DNA of 64,000 nt, taken from NCBI GenBank assembly GCA_902615995.1, contig CACMRF010000003.1:10068-74067 (forward strand), written 5' to 3'. The notes below the pieces were generated by a model. The model was not told the origin of the DNA. It ran no database searches and saw only the letters and a program-made list of their open reading frames with translations. Positions 1 through 9,513 of this stretch are shown piece by piece; the stretch's first letter is position 1; each line of letters begins with the position of its first letter. Position numbers and translations under genes: made by a program. The DNA comes from an uncultured SAR116 cluster alpha proteobacterium (GTDB lineage: Bacteria > Pseudomonadota > Alphaproteobacteria > Puniceispirillales > Marisalimonadaceae).

Positions 1-317
1 GAAGAATTAAATGGATAGTTGAGTTTATTGCAACATTTTGTGCATTTATAGTCATTGCAATTCTTATATATTATAGCAGTCTTTTTGCAATAGATGCATA
101 TGTAATCGGTGACAGTACAATGGATTATTTGTTTCCAACGTGGCCAGCTAAAATTTTAGTTCCTATAGGTTTTACAATTTGGTTTTTTAGACTTTTTATA
201 GAATTAATTGGTTATTTAAGATTAGCTATAAATGTTAATGCTGAACCTATTTATGTTCCAATTATAAAAACAGCTGAAGAGTTAGCAAACGAAGAAATTA
301 AATCAATAAGAGAATAA
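1..317 (+). CDS. TRAP transporter small permease (DctQ-like), 5' end outside window
   Basis: Frame 3 is open from base 3 to TAA at 315-317, so the track's Met at 120 is internal. Hydrophobic helices. The stop lies 1 nt from the ATG of a DctM-like large permease. Confidence 0.6.
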   Translation, partial: RIKWIVEFIATFCAFIVIAILIYYSSLFAIDAYVIGDSTMDYLFPTWPAKILVPIGFTIWFFRLFIELIGYLRLAINVNAEPIYVPIIKTAEELANEEIKSIRE

Positions 318-318
318 T

Positions 319-1728
319 ATGTTTTTTGAAAAACTACTTCAAGGACAGCCAGAAGGAATATTTGGCATAGGATATAATGATCCCTCATTAGTTGGAGTAA
401 TTTGTACATGTATTCTTTTGGTTTTAGTTATCTGTGGTGTAAGAGTTGTAATTGCAGCAAGTATAGCTGGAATAATTGGACTTGTAGAATTAATTGGAGT
501 TGGTCCAGCTTTAGGTAACATTGGAGCAATACCATATTCAAAATCTGTTACATTTGTTCTTGGTTTATTGCCAATCTTTATATTAATAGGTTTTTTAGCC
601 TATCAAGCTGGAATAACAAGACAATTGTTTGAAGCAGCTAAAGCATGGGTTGGTTTTGTGCCAGGTGGACTTGCTGTAGCTACAGTTTTTGCAACTGCTG
701 GATTTGCTGCAGTTTCAGGAGCTTCTACTGCCACAGCAGCTGTTTTTTCAAGAATAGCTATACCTGAAATGCTTAAAGAAGGTTATGACAAAAAGTTAGC
801 TGCTGGTGTGGTAGCCGCTGGTGGAACTTTAGCATCTTTAATCCCACCATCTGCAATTTTAATCATCTATGCAATTATAGTTGAAGAATCCGTTGGAGCA
901 CTATTATTAGCTGGTTTTTTACCCGGTGTATTTTCTGCAATTGTGTACGCGTTAATAATTATTTTATGGGCTAAAAAGAATCCTAAATTAGGCCCTCCAT
1001 CTAGAAGATATACATTAAATGAAAAATTAAAAACTTTACCAGGGATTTTGCCTATTGCGGTTGTTATTGCCACAATTATAAGTGCTATTTATGCAGGTTG
1101 GGCGACTCCAACTGAAGCTGGGTCTTTAGGTGCATTTGTGGTTCTTGTTATGGCAATTTATAATAAAGTTAAGATTGTCGCTCTAAAAGCTGCACTGATA
1201 GAAACAGCTAAATTAGTAGCTATGATATTTTCTATAATATGGGGTGTTTTGATTTTTGTAAGATTTTTAGGATTTTCTGGACTCCCTGAAGATTTTGCTA
1301 ATTGGATTATATCACTTCCTTTAGACCCATATGTTACACTTTTATTAATACTTCTTGGATATGTTATTTTAGGAATGTTTATAGATGCAATAGGATTATT
1401 ATTACTAACTCTGCCAGTTGTATATCCAGCTGTAATGTTATTAAATGGTGGACCAGACGTTACAGCCGCAGAAAGTCCATTTGGAATGACATTCAATCAA
1501 GTCAGTGTTTGGTTTGGTATTATTGTTGTTAAAATGGCCGAAGTTTGTCTGATAACACCTCCTATTGGTCTAAATTGTTTTGTGGTTGCAGGTGTAAGGA
1601 AAGATATACCTGTTACTGATGTATTTAAAGGAGTTACTTTATTCTTTATTGCAGACATATTAACAATTTTAGGATTAGTATTGTTCCCTCAAGTAATAAC
1701 TTGGCTTCCTGATTTAATGATGAGTTAA
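319..1728 (+). CDS. dctM: TRAP transporter large permease (DctM family)
   Basis: 469-aa polytopic membrane protein with Gly/Ala/Ile-rich helices of DctM type. It tightly follows the DctQ-like ORF (TAATATG junction). Confidence 0.8.
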   Translation: MFFEKLLQGQPEGIFGIGYNDPSLVGVICTCILLVLVICGVRVVIAASIAGIIGLVELIGVGPALGNIGAIPYSKSVTFVLGLLPIFILIGFLAYQAGITRQLFEAAKAWVGFVPGGLAVATVFATAGFAAVSGASTATAAVFSRIAIPEMLKEGYDKKLAAGVVAAGGTLASLIPPSAILIIYAIIVEESVGALLLAGFLPGVFSAIVYALIIILWAKKNPKLGPPSRRYTLNEKLKTLPGILPIAVVIATIISAIYAGWATPTEAGSLGAFVVLVMAIYNKVKIVALKAALIETAKLVAMIFSIIWGVLIFVRFLGFSGLPEDFANWIISLPLDPYVTLLLILLGYVILGMFIDAIGLLLLTLPVVYPAVMLLNGGPDVTAAESPFGMTFNQVSVWFGIIVVKMAEVCLITPPIGLNCFVVAGVRKDIPVTDVFKGVTLFFIADILTILGLVLFPQVITWLPDLMMS

Positions 1729-1730
1729 TA

Positions 1731-3227
1731 TCAACTATTATTTGGAAAAGTGTATTGAGCGCCTAAAGATTTTCCAACTGGCCATCTTCCTGTAACCGTC
1801 TTAAGTCTGGTATAAAACCTAACACCTTCCATTCCATATACGGCATGTCCTCCAAATACAGACTTTTTCCAACCACCAAAAGAATGATAAGCCATTGGAA
1901 CTGGAATTGGCACATTAATGCCTACCATTCCTATTTGACATTCGTTTGCAAATTTTCTGGCAACACCTCCATCAGAAGTAAAAATAGCAGTGCCATTTCC
2001 ATATTCATGGTTATTAACCATTTCTAATGCTTCTACCATACTCTCAGACCTTACCATTGACATAACAGGCCCAAATATTTCTTCTTGGTAGATTTTCATG
2101 TCAGTTGAAACGTGATCAAAGAATGTTCCCCCAACATAATAACCATTTTCATAACCTTGAAGTTTAAAATTTCTTCCATCAACTACTAAATCAGCACCCT
2201 CTTTAATACCAATATCGATATAATTTTTAACTTTATCTAAGTGTTGTTTAGTTACCAAAGGACCCATTTCAGACGATTTTTCTAAACCCGGACCTATTTT
2301 TAAGTTTTCAATCATTGGAGTTATTTTTGTTCTAATAGCATCTCCAGTCTCTTTTCCAACGGGAACAACAACTGAAACTGCCATACATCTTTCACCAGCA
2401 GATCCAAAAACAGATCCCATAATAGAATCACAGACTAAGTTTATATCAGCATCAGGCATTACAACCATGTGATTTTTGGCGCCACCCATGGCTTGTACTT
2501 TTTTTCCATATTTTGCGGCTTCTTGATATATATAATGTGCTATTGGTGTTGATCCAACAAAACTGACAGCACTAATATCTTTATTTTTTAAGATTGCATC
2601 AACAGCCTCTTTACCACCATTTACAATATTTAATACACCTGGAGGGAACCCGGCATCCAATACCATTTGCGCTAACAACAATGTAGAACTTGGATCTCTC
2701 TCTGAAGGCTTTAAAATAAAACAATTTCCACATGCAATTGCAATGGGAAACATCCATAAAGGTACCATGACAGGAAAATTAAATGGTGTTATTCCAGCTA
2801 CAATTCCCAAAGGTTGATTATCTGACCAACTATCAATTGATCTTCCAACTTCACTAGTATAATTGCCGGCTAATAAATTTGGAATACCACAAGCAAATTC
2901 AACTACTTCTAGTCCCCTTCCAACCTCTCCTAATGCATCATCAAATGTTTTACCATGTTCTAATGTGATTAATTCAGCCAACTCATTTTTTCTAGATTCT
3001 ATTATTTCTTTTAATTTAAACATTTTTCTTGATCTCATAAGTGGTGTTTCTGATGACCAAGATATGTATGCATTTTTTGCAGAGTTTACTGCATCTTGTA
3101 CACATTTTTCTGTGCCCAAAACAACCTGTGAAGCCTCTTCACCTGTCGCTGGGTTAAAAACTGATGATGTATTATTAACAAAATTAGAATTAAGTTTACC
3201 ATTAATAAGATGTTCAATTTTTTTCAT
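1731..3227 (-). CDS. mmsA: CoA-acylating methylmalonate/malonate-semialdehyde dehydrogenase
   Basis: 498-aa aldehyde dehydrogenase. ILKPSERDP and the catalytic-Cys block FGSAGERCMA match the MMSDH subfamily. ATG at 3225-3227 (minus). Confidence 0.85.
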   Translation of the reverse strand: MKKIEHLINGKLNSNFVNNTSSVFNPATGEEASQVVLGTEKCVQDAVNSAKNAYISWSSETPLMRSRKMFKLKEIIESRKNELAELITLEHGKTFDDALGEVGRGLEVVEFACGIPNLLAGNYTSEVGRSIDSWSDNQPLGIVAGITPFNFPVMVPLWMFPIAIACGNCFILKPSERDPSSTLLLAQMVLDAGFPPGVLNIVNGGKEAVDAILKNKDISAVSFVGSTPIAHYIYQEAAKYGKKVQAMGGAKNHMVVMPDADINLVCDSIMGSVFGSAGERCMAVSVVVPVGKETGDAIRTKITPMIENLKIGPGLEKSSEMGPLVTKQHLDKVKNYIDIGIKEGADLVVDGRNFKLQGYENGYYVGGTFFDHVSTDMKIYQEEIFGPVMSMVRSESMVEALEMVNNHEYGNGTAIFTSDGGVARKFANECQIGMVGINVPIPVPMAYHSFGGWKKSVFGGHAVYGMEGVRFYTRLKTVTGRWPVGKSLGAQYTFPNNS

Positions 3228-3276
3228 TTTATTCCATTTTTTTTTTTAATTTTATATTATATATCTACACATAAAC

Positions 3277-3816
3277 ATGAAAAAAGACAAAAATAAAATT
3301 TTAAAATATAGGGTCACTTATTTAGAAATGATAAAACACCCTGGTTATTCATATCCAAATTGTCCAATAAAATTCACTAATATTATTAAATCAAATAATG
3401 TTCCATATTGGTATTTTATTTCTTTATATAAATCTGTTGGAGAAGAATATGAATGGACAGACATGTTAAAGCAAAAAAAAGTAATTACAGAAAATTTTTT
3501 AAATAACAAAAATGTATATTTTTACTCACTTATATCATCAGGTGTTCCAATTGGATTTTTTATCTTAGATTATAGAAAAAAAGAAATCTGCGATATAAGT
3601 TATATTGGATTGACTAAGGGTAATTTAGGAAAAGGTCTAGGTAAATATCTCTTTAAAACAGCATTCTTAATGGGTTGGGATACAAATTATATTAATAAAT
3701 TAACTGTTAATACATGTACATTAGACCATAAGGCTGCACTTCCTCTTTATCAAAAACTTGGGTTTGAACCAGTAAGGTTTGAAGATAAAAAAAAGATGAA
3801 AACTTTTTTTAATTAA
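3277..3816 (+). CDS. GNAT family N-acetyltransferase
   Basis: 179 aa. Acetyl-CoA-binding-type block LGKGLGKYLFKTA and C-terminal YQKLGFE typical of the GNAT fold. Confidence 0.6.
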   Translation: MKKDKNKILKYRVTYLEMIKHPGYSYPNCPIKFTNIIKSNNVPYWYFISLYKSVGEEYEWTDMLKQKKVITENFLNNKNVYFYSLISSGVPIGFFILDYRKKEICDISYIGLTKGNLGKGLGKYLFKTAFLMGWDTNYINKLTVNTCTLDHKAALPLYQKLGFEPVRFEDKKKMKTFFN

Positions 3817-5296
3817 ATGACTTTCCTTCTAAAAATTTTCCACTGTAAATATTTAAAGATTTCATAGATTGCCATACAATTTGACCATTGTTGATAACAG
3901 TATCTATTCCTAAAGCTGGCATAAGTGGCTTTTCATAAGTTGCTTTGTCAATTACAACTTCAGGATCAAATATAACTAAGTCTGCAAAATAATCTTTTTT
4001 TATCAATCCTCTTTTTTCTAAACCAAAAGTCTTAGCGCTTTTAAAAGTCATTTTGTATATTGCTTCTTCTAAAGAAAAAAGTTTCATCTCTCTGGAATAT
4101 TTTCCTAAAACTCTTGGAAAAGTTCCCCATAATCTTGGATGAGGATGCTTATCCCCAGGCAAGCCATCTGAACCTATCATAGTGCCATCAAAACTAATTA
4201 TACGATTTAAATCTTCATCATCCATCTGAAAATAAATTGCTCCAGCAGGATAAAGTTTATCTACCAACTCATCAATTGTACAATTAAATTCTTTTGCTAT
4301 CTTATTGATATCATTAACTTTTAAGTCTTGCACTTTATCTGACCATGTAACCAATACTTTGTCGGCCCTTTCTACAAAATGTTTTAACAACATTGTTGAA
4401 CTGGCTGTATACGGATAACAATCTAAATCAAGATGTTGTTTCTTTTTAGCCTCTTTAATTAATTTTAAAGTTTCTTTACTTTTACCCCAATTAGATCTTC
4501 CTGCACATTTATGATGTGATATCACAGTTCTTACATCAGCTAATTTCCCAATCTTAATTGTTTCATTTACAGACTCTACTAGATTATCTCCCTCATTCCT
4601 CATATGAGTAGTGAAAATTCCATCATGTTTTTTTAATACTTTTGCTAATTCAATAATTTCTTCAGTTGGTGCATCATTAGCAGCAGGATACGCAAGACCA
4701 GTTGACAATCCAATCGAGCCATCAATCAATGCATTTTCTAAAATATTTTGCATTTTAATTATTTCGTCTTTAGTTGCACTTCTATTTATTTCTCCGTTCA
4801 TCACCTGAACTCTTAGCATTGAGTGACCTGTCAACAGTGAAATATTGATTGAACTTGGGCTTTCATTAAATTCATTTTTATATGATGAAACAGATGAAAA
4901 TCTATATGCATCTTTATCACCAAGTAATGGAATTGGCGCTGGAACATCTCCAGAAAAATCAAAAGGAGCTAAACTTATACCACAATTTCCTGCAATGCAG
5001 GTAGTTACTCCTTGACTAATTTTACATGACATACTTCTATCAATAAAAATATTTTGATCGTCATGAGTGTGAACATCTATAAATCCTGGTGCAATTATAT
5101 GTGATGTAGCATCGATTACATTTTTAAATGATAAATCATTTAAGATATAATTTTCATCATGTATTTTAACAGATTTTTGATCTTTCTTAAAAATTGAAAT
5201 AATTCGGTCACCATTTACCAAAAGATCTGCTTCATATCTAGCATCTCCCGAACCATCAATAATAGTTCCATTTTTAATTAAATAATCAATATTCAT
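3809..5296 (-). CDS. N-acyl-D-amino-acid deacylase (D-aminoacylase), amidohydrolase superfamily
   Basis: 495 aa. N-terminal GFIDVHTHDD metal-binding motif and overall length typical of D-aminoacylases. Confidence 0.8.
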   Translation of the reverse strand: MNIDYLIKNGTIIDGSGDARYEADLLVNGDRIISIFKKDQKSVKIHDENYILNDLSFKNVIDATSHIIAPGFIDVHTHDDQNIFIDRSMSCKISQGVTTCIAGNCGISLAPFDFSGDVPAPIPLLGDKDAYRFSSVSSYKNEFNESPSSINISLLTGHSMLRVQVMNGEINRSATKDEIIKMQNILENALIDGSIGLSTGLAYPAANDAPTEEIIELAKVLKKHDGIFTTHMRNEGDNLVESVNETIKIGKLADVRTVISHHKCAGRSNWGKSKETLKLIKEAKKKQHLDLDCYPYTASSTMLLKHFVERADKVLVTWSDKVQDLKVNDINKIAKEFNCTIDELVDKLYPAGAIYFQMDDEDLNRIISFDGTMIGSDGLPGDKHPHPRLWGTFPRVLGKYSREMKLFSLEEAIYKMTFKSAKTFGLEKRGLIKKDYFADLVIFDPEVVIDKATYEKPLMPALGIDTVINNGQIVWQSMKSLNIYSGKFLEGKSFN

Positions 5297-5369
5297 TTTA
5301 AATTCTTTATTAAGTTTATATTATAATAAGTATTATTTAAAAAAAACTAGATAAATGTTTTTTAAAAAT

Positions 5370-6314
5370 TTAAATATTAAAATTACAACTTAAACCTTGC
5401 CTAGGCCACTTTGCTTTTAATAACAAACCTTCATAAGATGCGGTAATATAAGCAGTATTATTGTTTAATCCCCCAAAACATAAATTTGTAATATAGGGGT
5501 CGTTAATTGAATAGAATTCTTTAAACCCATCTGATGGAGATATTACAGTTATCCCACCATCATACAATGTACCAACACAAACATTTCCATTCAATTCAAT
5601 TGCTAATGAATCAAATCTAAAAAGCCCTCTATTTTGATTGAGTAATTGTCCACCATATACAGAATTTGGAAACTGAATTTTATTTACCTCTCCATCACCT
5701 AGAATTTCAAAGCTATATAATTTACCTCCTTCTGTATCAGCAATATACAAAAAATTTTCATCTGGAGATAAACCTATTCCATTAGGTGTCATAATAGGAT
5801 GAATAACTTCTTTAATTTCTGAACCATCAGGCTTTGCCCAATAAACGGAACCTCGGTCCATAGTTCTTTCCCTAACTTTTCCTAAATCTGTAAACCAAAA
5901 ATTTCCTTTTTTATCAAAAACAATATCATTTGGACCATTTAATGGTAATCCATTACACTCAGAATAAAGTGTTTCAAATTCACCCGTATTTAAATTGACT
6001 TTTTGAATTTTACCTGACTTATAGTTTTTTGCTTGAGCAACTGGTCTCCTTTTCTTTTGATCACTTGAGATTTCCCAATCAAACCCACCATTATTACAAA
6101 TATAACAAAATCCATCTGGACCAATTGCGGCTCCATTTGGCCCTTCACCTAAATTTGAAACAATTTCTTTTTTTCCATTTTGATATATTTTTGTTAGAGT
6201 ACCTCTGGCTATTTCAACTAATAAAATACTTCCATCATTTAAATAAATTGGACCTTCCGGAAAAAGTAAATCATCAGTCAAAATTGAAGTTTCGAGATTA
6301 AATCTTTTTTCCAT
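5370..6314 (-). CDS. SMP-30/gluconolactonase/LRE-family hydrolase (lactonase-like beta-propeller)
   Basis: 314 aa with repeated blade motifs (FPEGPIY, GPNDIVFD, TPNGIGLS) typical of the SMP-30/gluconolactonase family. Confidence 0.7.
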   Translation of the reverse strand: MEKRFNLETSILTDDLLFPEGPIYLNDGSILLVEIARGTLTKIYQNGKKEIVSNLGEGPNGAAIGPDGFCYICNNGGFDWEISSDQKKRRPVAQAKNYKSGKIQKVNLNTGEFETLYSECNGLPLNGPNDIVFDKKGNFWFTDLGKVRERTMDRGSVYWAKPDGSEIKEVIHPIMTPNGIGLSPDENFLYIADTEGGKLYSFEILGDGEVNKIQFPNSVYGGQLLNQNRGLFRFDSLAIELNGNVCVGTLYDGGITVISPSDGFKEFYSINDPYITNLCFGGLNNNTAYITASYEGLLLKAKWPRQGLSCNFNI

Positions 6315-6323
6315 AATTAAACT

Positions 6324-7550
6324 CTAAATTTTTTTTATATTTGGTATTAACCAAAATAGTAAAGCACCAATTATTGTAAATAAAGTACAAAAGAAAAATC
6401 CAACATTATAATTTGAAAATTGATCAAATAAAAAACCTGATATAAATGCACCTAATGCAGCACCAAGTCCTTGACCTAAATTAGATGCTCCATAGATAGA
6501 AGCAAGGCCTTTTCCTGCAAAAATTTTTGCAATAAGTGTAGTTATTATTGGACCTCTAGCACCAGCTGATAAACCAAAAGGGATAATAAATAAAAATACA
6601 ATCAAATATTTTAAATCAGAATATTGTATACAATATAGTGATAAAATTCCTAATAAACTTAATATATAACTTAAAGTTGAAACATAATGTTTTGGCCATA
6701 TATCAGCAGCAAAACCAGTTAATGCCATTCCCGGAAAAGTTAGCATCCCCATCAGACCAAAGTATAAAGCAGCTTCTAAATCTGAAAACCCACAATAAAT
6801 TAAATAAACAACAACTTGTAAACTAATTCCAAAAATACCCATCGCTGTAAAAAAATAAATTAGAAAAAATTTCCAAAATGTATTTTCTCTTAAAGCTTCA
6901 AATAATGATGAATCATTTAATTTATTTGTAGAAACATCTACTGAATTGTAAATGCCAACATTAATTTTTTTCCAAGGTAGAAAGAATAATAAAATCAAAA
7001 TCCCAAAAAAGAATAAACCAATTAAATTATATGAAGTTTCCCAACCATACTTACTTATCAATATTTGACAAAGTGGAGCCAAAATTAAAACACCTAGCCC
7101 TTGGCCAGAATAAGCAATTGATAATGCTGACGATAATTTTTTATTAAACCATTTTGAAATAATACTCTGACTTGGTATGATCCCAACCATTGAGGCACCT
7201 AGTCCGCTAAAAACTCCTAAGAAAATATAAAATTGCCATAATTCATTTAAATATCCTGAAATATAGTAACCACATAATAGAAGCAAGGTGCCTAAAACGT
7301 AGTTAAACTTACCTCCAAATTTATCAAAAATTATTCCCGATATAAGAGATCCTATACCTAAACTAAACATGTAAATCGAATAAATTGAAGTTACAGAAGC
7401 TCTATCCCAATCAAATGTATCACTTAATGGAAGAAGGAACACACCAAAACTCTCTCCCATTCCTCTACTAAAAGAAATCATGAATAAACAAAAAAACAAT
7501 ATAAATATCGGAACAATTGATTTATTAAAATCTATATCTTTTAAAGTCAT
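6324..7550 (-). CDS. MFS transporter
   Basis: 408 aa with about 12 hydrophobic helices in two halves. Its stop lies 9 nt from the start of the downstream lactonase-like gene on the same strand. Confidence 0.75.
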   Translation of the reverse strand: MTLKDIDFNKSIVPIFILFFCLFMISFSRGMGESFGVFLLPLSDTFDWDRASVTSIYSIYMFSLGIGSLISGIIFDKFGGKFNYVLGTLLLLCGYYISGYLNELWQFYIFLGVFSGLGASMVGIIPSQSIISKWFNKKLSSALSIAYSGQGLGVLILAPLCQILISKYGWETSYNLIGLFFFGILILLFFLPWKKINVGIYNSVDVSTNKLNDSSLFEALRENTFWKFFLIYFFTAMGIFGISLQVVVYLIYCGFSDLEAALYFGLMGMLTFPGMALTGFAADIWPKHYVSTLSYILSLLGILSLYCIQYSDLKYLIVFLFIIPFGLSAGARGPIITTLIAKIFAGKGLASIYGASNLGQGLGAALGAFISGFLFDQFSNYNVGFFFCTLFTIIGALLFWLIPNIKKI

Positions 7551-7604
7551 AATTGAAAAAAAAATTTATTACTGTAATTTAATTAATTAAGTATCATAAA
7601 TTAA

Positions 7605-8099
7605 ATGAAGATCAAATCTAATACAAATAAATACAATCTGACAAATAAAGTCATAAAAAAAGAAGTTGACGACATATTACAAGGTAATTACCAACAATGT
7701 GTTTTAGGTACTTTAGATCAAAACGGATATCCATACTTATCAAAAACACTGCCTCTTTATTACAAAAAAAAAATATACCTTTTACTAAGCGATTTAAGTG
7801 ATCATACAGAAAATTTAAAAATTAATAAAAAGGTAAGTATATATTTTGCTCAAAAAGAAGTTCATAAGGAGAAATTAAATAATCCTAGACTTACTTTGTT
7901 AGGAAAAATTGAAAAGATTAAGTTAAATAAAAATGACCAATTATTTAGAGAATTATTAAAAAATTATATTCTAATTGAAAAGAGTGCAAAAATGTGGGGT
8001 GAATTTTTAGATTTTAACTTTTATGAATTTAATATTAGAAATTCTCTTTACGTAAAAGGTTTTGGAAAAGCATACAAAGAAGTATATTCACCATGTTAA
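7605..8099 (+). CDS. Pyridoxamine 5'-phosphate oxidase-related / HugZ-like FMN-binding split-barrel protein (tentative)
   Basis: 164 aa. Size and sequence pattern resemble the PNPOx-like family. Assignment by recall only. Confidence 0.45.
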   Translation: MKIKSNTNKYNLTNKVIKKEVDDILQGNYQQCVLGTLDQNGYPYLSKTLPLYYKKKIYLLLSDLSDHTENLKINKKVSIYFAQKEVHKEKLNNPRLTLLGKIEKIKLNKNDQLFRELLKNYILIEKSAKMWGEFLDFNFYEFNIRNSLYVKGFGKAYKEVYSPC

Positions 8100-8208
8100 A
8101 CAAATTAGCATTTCAAATGTTAACACTTCCACATGTGAGCCATGGGTGTATAGTTATATATAAAAAGTTGATGTTTGTAATTGATTGGAGTTGATAAATT
8201 TCAATAAT

Positions 8209-9168
8209 CTATTTTTTTAAAATAACCAATGAACATTGACTATGGTTTTTAAAGCCAGTTATATTGAACAAATTTGGAAATAAATTATGAGTTTTAATTT
8301 GATTTATTTCATTTCTTTTTTTGATTTTTTCTAACCAAATTTCACCTTTTCTTCCCCTGGAAATCCATTCAAATGAATTTTTAGTAATAATTTTATTTTT
8401 AAGGTCAAATAACATACTAATTGAAGGAATTGGTGGCCAACCATCTGAATGAAAATTTAAAAAACTTAAATCATCGTCAAATAAGTTAAATTTAATTTTA
8501 TTTTTAATAGAAAATTCTAATCTATCTAATTGTGAAGTATGGTCATCCCAAAAAGCAAGAACTTTTTTATTTTTCAAATTTGGTGGATCTTGATTTATAT
8601 CCTGTTGAAAATAATTAGCTTTTTTTGATTTGTATTCAATATTTTCAAAACTAATATCATAACATTTTAATTTACAATTATTGCTAACAGCAGAATCTAT
8701 TAAATATGTAGTAAAACCTTTCATAACCCCTGATTCTATAACTAAATTTGGATTAATAACTTTTATAATACAATATAAAAAAAGACCCTCATTAAAACCA
8801 AATCCACTTCCTAATTCTTTTATCGGTGATTTTTGAAAGACTTCACAATATTCACCAACATATTTATTTATATCTTTTATTTTAAAATTTAAATTACTTT
8901 TACGTAAATACTTAACGACTATTTTAGCTAGTAGCTTATTTCTATAATTTATTATATTTTTATCAATTTGATAGGATGAAAAAAACTCGTCTTTTTTTTC
9001 TAAATTTTTATACGTATTAATTTTAATTTTAATACCTATATTTTTTCTTAAAAATTTTTTGAATGATTGAATTATTATTGATATTGAATTTGATGATTTA
9101 GGTTTTGTATTAAAGTTATTCCAAAAAGGTGTAAAAGTTTTTTTTCTAAATTGATCAAATTTATTCAT
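8209..9168 (-). CDS. Hypothetical protein, possible CmcI/TylF-like class I methyltransferase fold
   Basis: 319 aa, very Lys/Asn/Ile-rich. NPNLVIESGVMKGFTTYLI resembles a Rossmann motif I. A later LAFWDDHTSQLDRLEF resembles the DSDHS block of CmcI-type proteins. ATG at 9166-9168 preceded by AGGAAA. Confidence 0.4.
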   Translation of the reverse strand: MNKFDQFRKKTFTPFWNNFNTKPKSSNSISIIIQSFKKFLRKNIGIKIKINTYKNLEKKDEFFSSYQIDKNIINYRNKLLAKIVVKYLRKSNLNFKIKDINKYVGEYCEVFQKSPIKELGSGFGFNEGLFLYCIIKVINPNLVIESGVMKGFTTYLIDSAVSNNCKLKCYDISFENIEYKSKKANYFQQDINQDPPNLKNKKVLAFWDDHTSQLDRLEFSIKNKIKFNLFDDDLSFLNFHSDGWPPIPSISMLFDLKNKIITKNSFEWISRGRKGEIWLEKIKKRNEINQIKTHNLFPNLFNITGFKNHSQCSLVILKK

Positions 9169-9190
9169 TTATTTTCCTATAATTTATTAT

Positions 9191-9382
9191 TTATTTGTAT
9201 CTGAGAGAGTGCAAATCCAATTGAAAACCATATAAATAAATTACCCCATTGACCAAAAAAACTACCATATTGTTGAATAGGAAAAAAAGAGCTAAAGGCA
9301 CTATATATGATATTTTGTACATTGGACAATTAACACTATTTTTAAGTATATTGTAAAACTTAGTTATAATATTATAAAACAT
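9191..9382 (-). CDS. Small hypothetical protein with one hydrophobic helix (may be non-coding)
   Basis: 63-codon ATG ORF ending 22 nt upstream of the 8209-9168 gene. Hydrophobic core IVPLALFFLFNNMVVFLVNGVIYLYGF. No family recognised. Confidence 0.25.
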   Translation of the reverse strand: MFYNIITKFYNILKNSVNCPMYKISYIVPLALFFLFNNMVVFLVNGVIYLYGFQLDLHSLRYK

Positions 9383-9513
9383 TTATATTTCTATTTTATT
9401 TTTATAACACAAAAGTTTTTTTGATTGCAATCATCTCAGTAGTATAAATAAAATACTTCTAACTGCTATAGGAAAATCCCTCTTTGGGGAATTAATAATT
9501 TTTTTAAGAAAAA

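Noticed and set aside
3237-3247. An 11-nt T homopolymer in the divergent mmsA/GNAT promoter region, as a possible phase-variation tract
   Set aside because: A/T runs of this length are common throughout this AT-rich window, including inside coding regions (for example the A10 run near 7770). Nothing suggests slipped-strand regulation of these housekeeping-type genes.
2863-3249. 128-aa plus-strand ORF antisense to mmsA. Other long antisense ORFs are similar (44060-44431, 46927-47310, 54120-54467, 55350-55712, 42703-43041, 1158-1496).
   Set aside because: Each is fully contained in a strongly supported gene on the other strand and shows no family signature. These are antisense open frames of the kind commonly seen opposite real genes.
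8117-8194. 25-codon ATG ORF (MLTLPHVSHGCIVIYKKLMFVIDWS) in the 8100-8208 gap
   Set aside because: It has no Shine-Dalgarno-like sequence, sits between two convergent gene ends, and is short enough to arise by chance.
8100-8208. A possible dif/Xer recombination site in the convergent gap (ATGTTAA resembles part of the XerD arm; GGGTGTATAGT-TATATA resembles the XerC arm plus spacer)
   Set aside because: The best arm match is only about 7 of 11 positions. The two partial matches are not arranged with 11-6-11 geometry. No 28-bp dif-like unit can be assembled.
9421-9432. 12-bp perfect palindrome TGATTGCAATCA upstream of the orphan islet, as a candidate operator
   Set aside because: Roughly a dozen or more 12-bp palindromes are expected by chance in 64 kb, and more in AT-rich DNA. 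There is no second copy and no nearby regulator gene.
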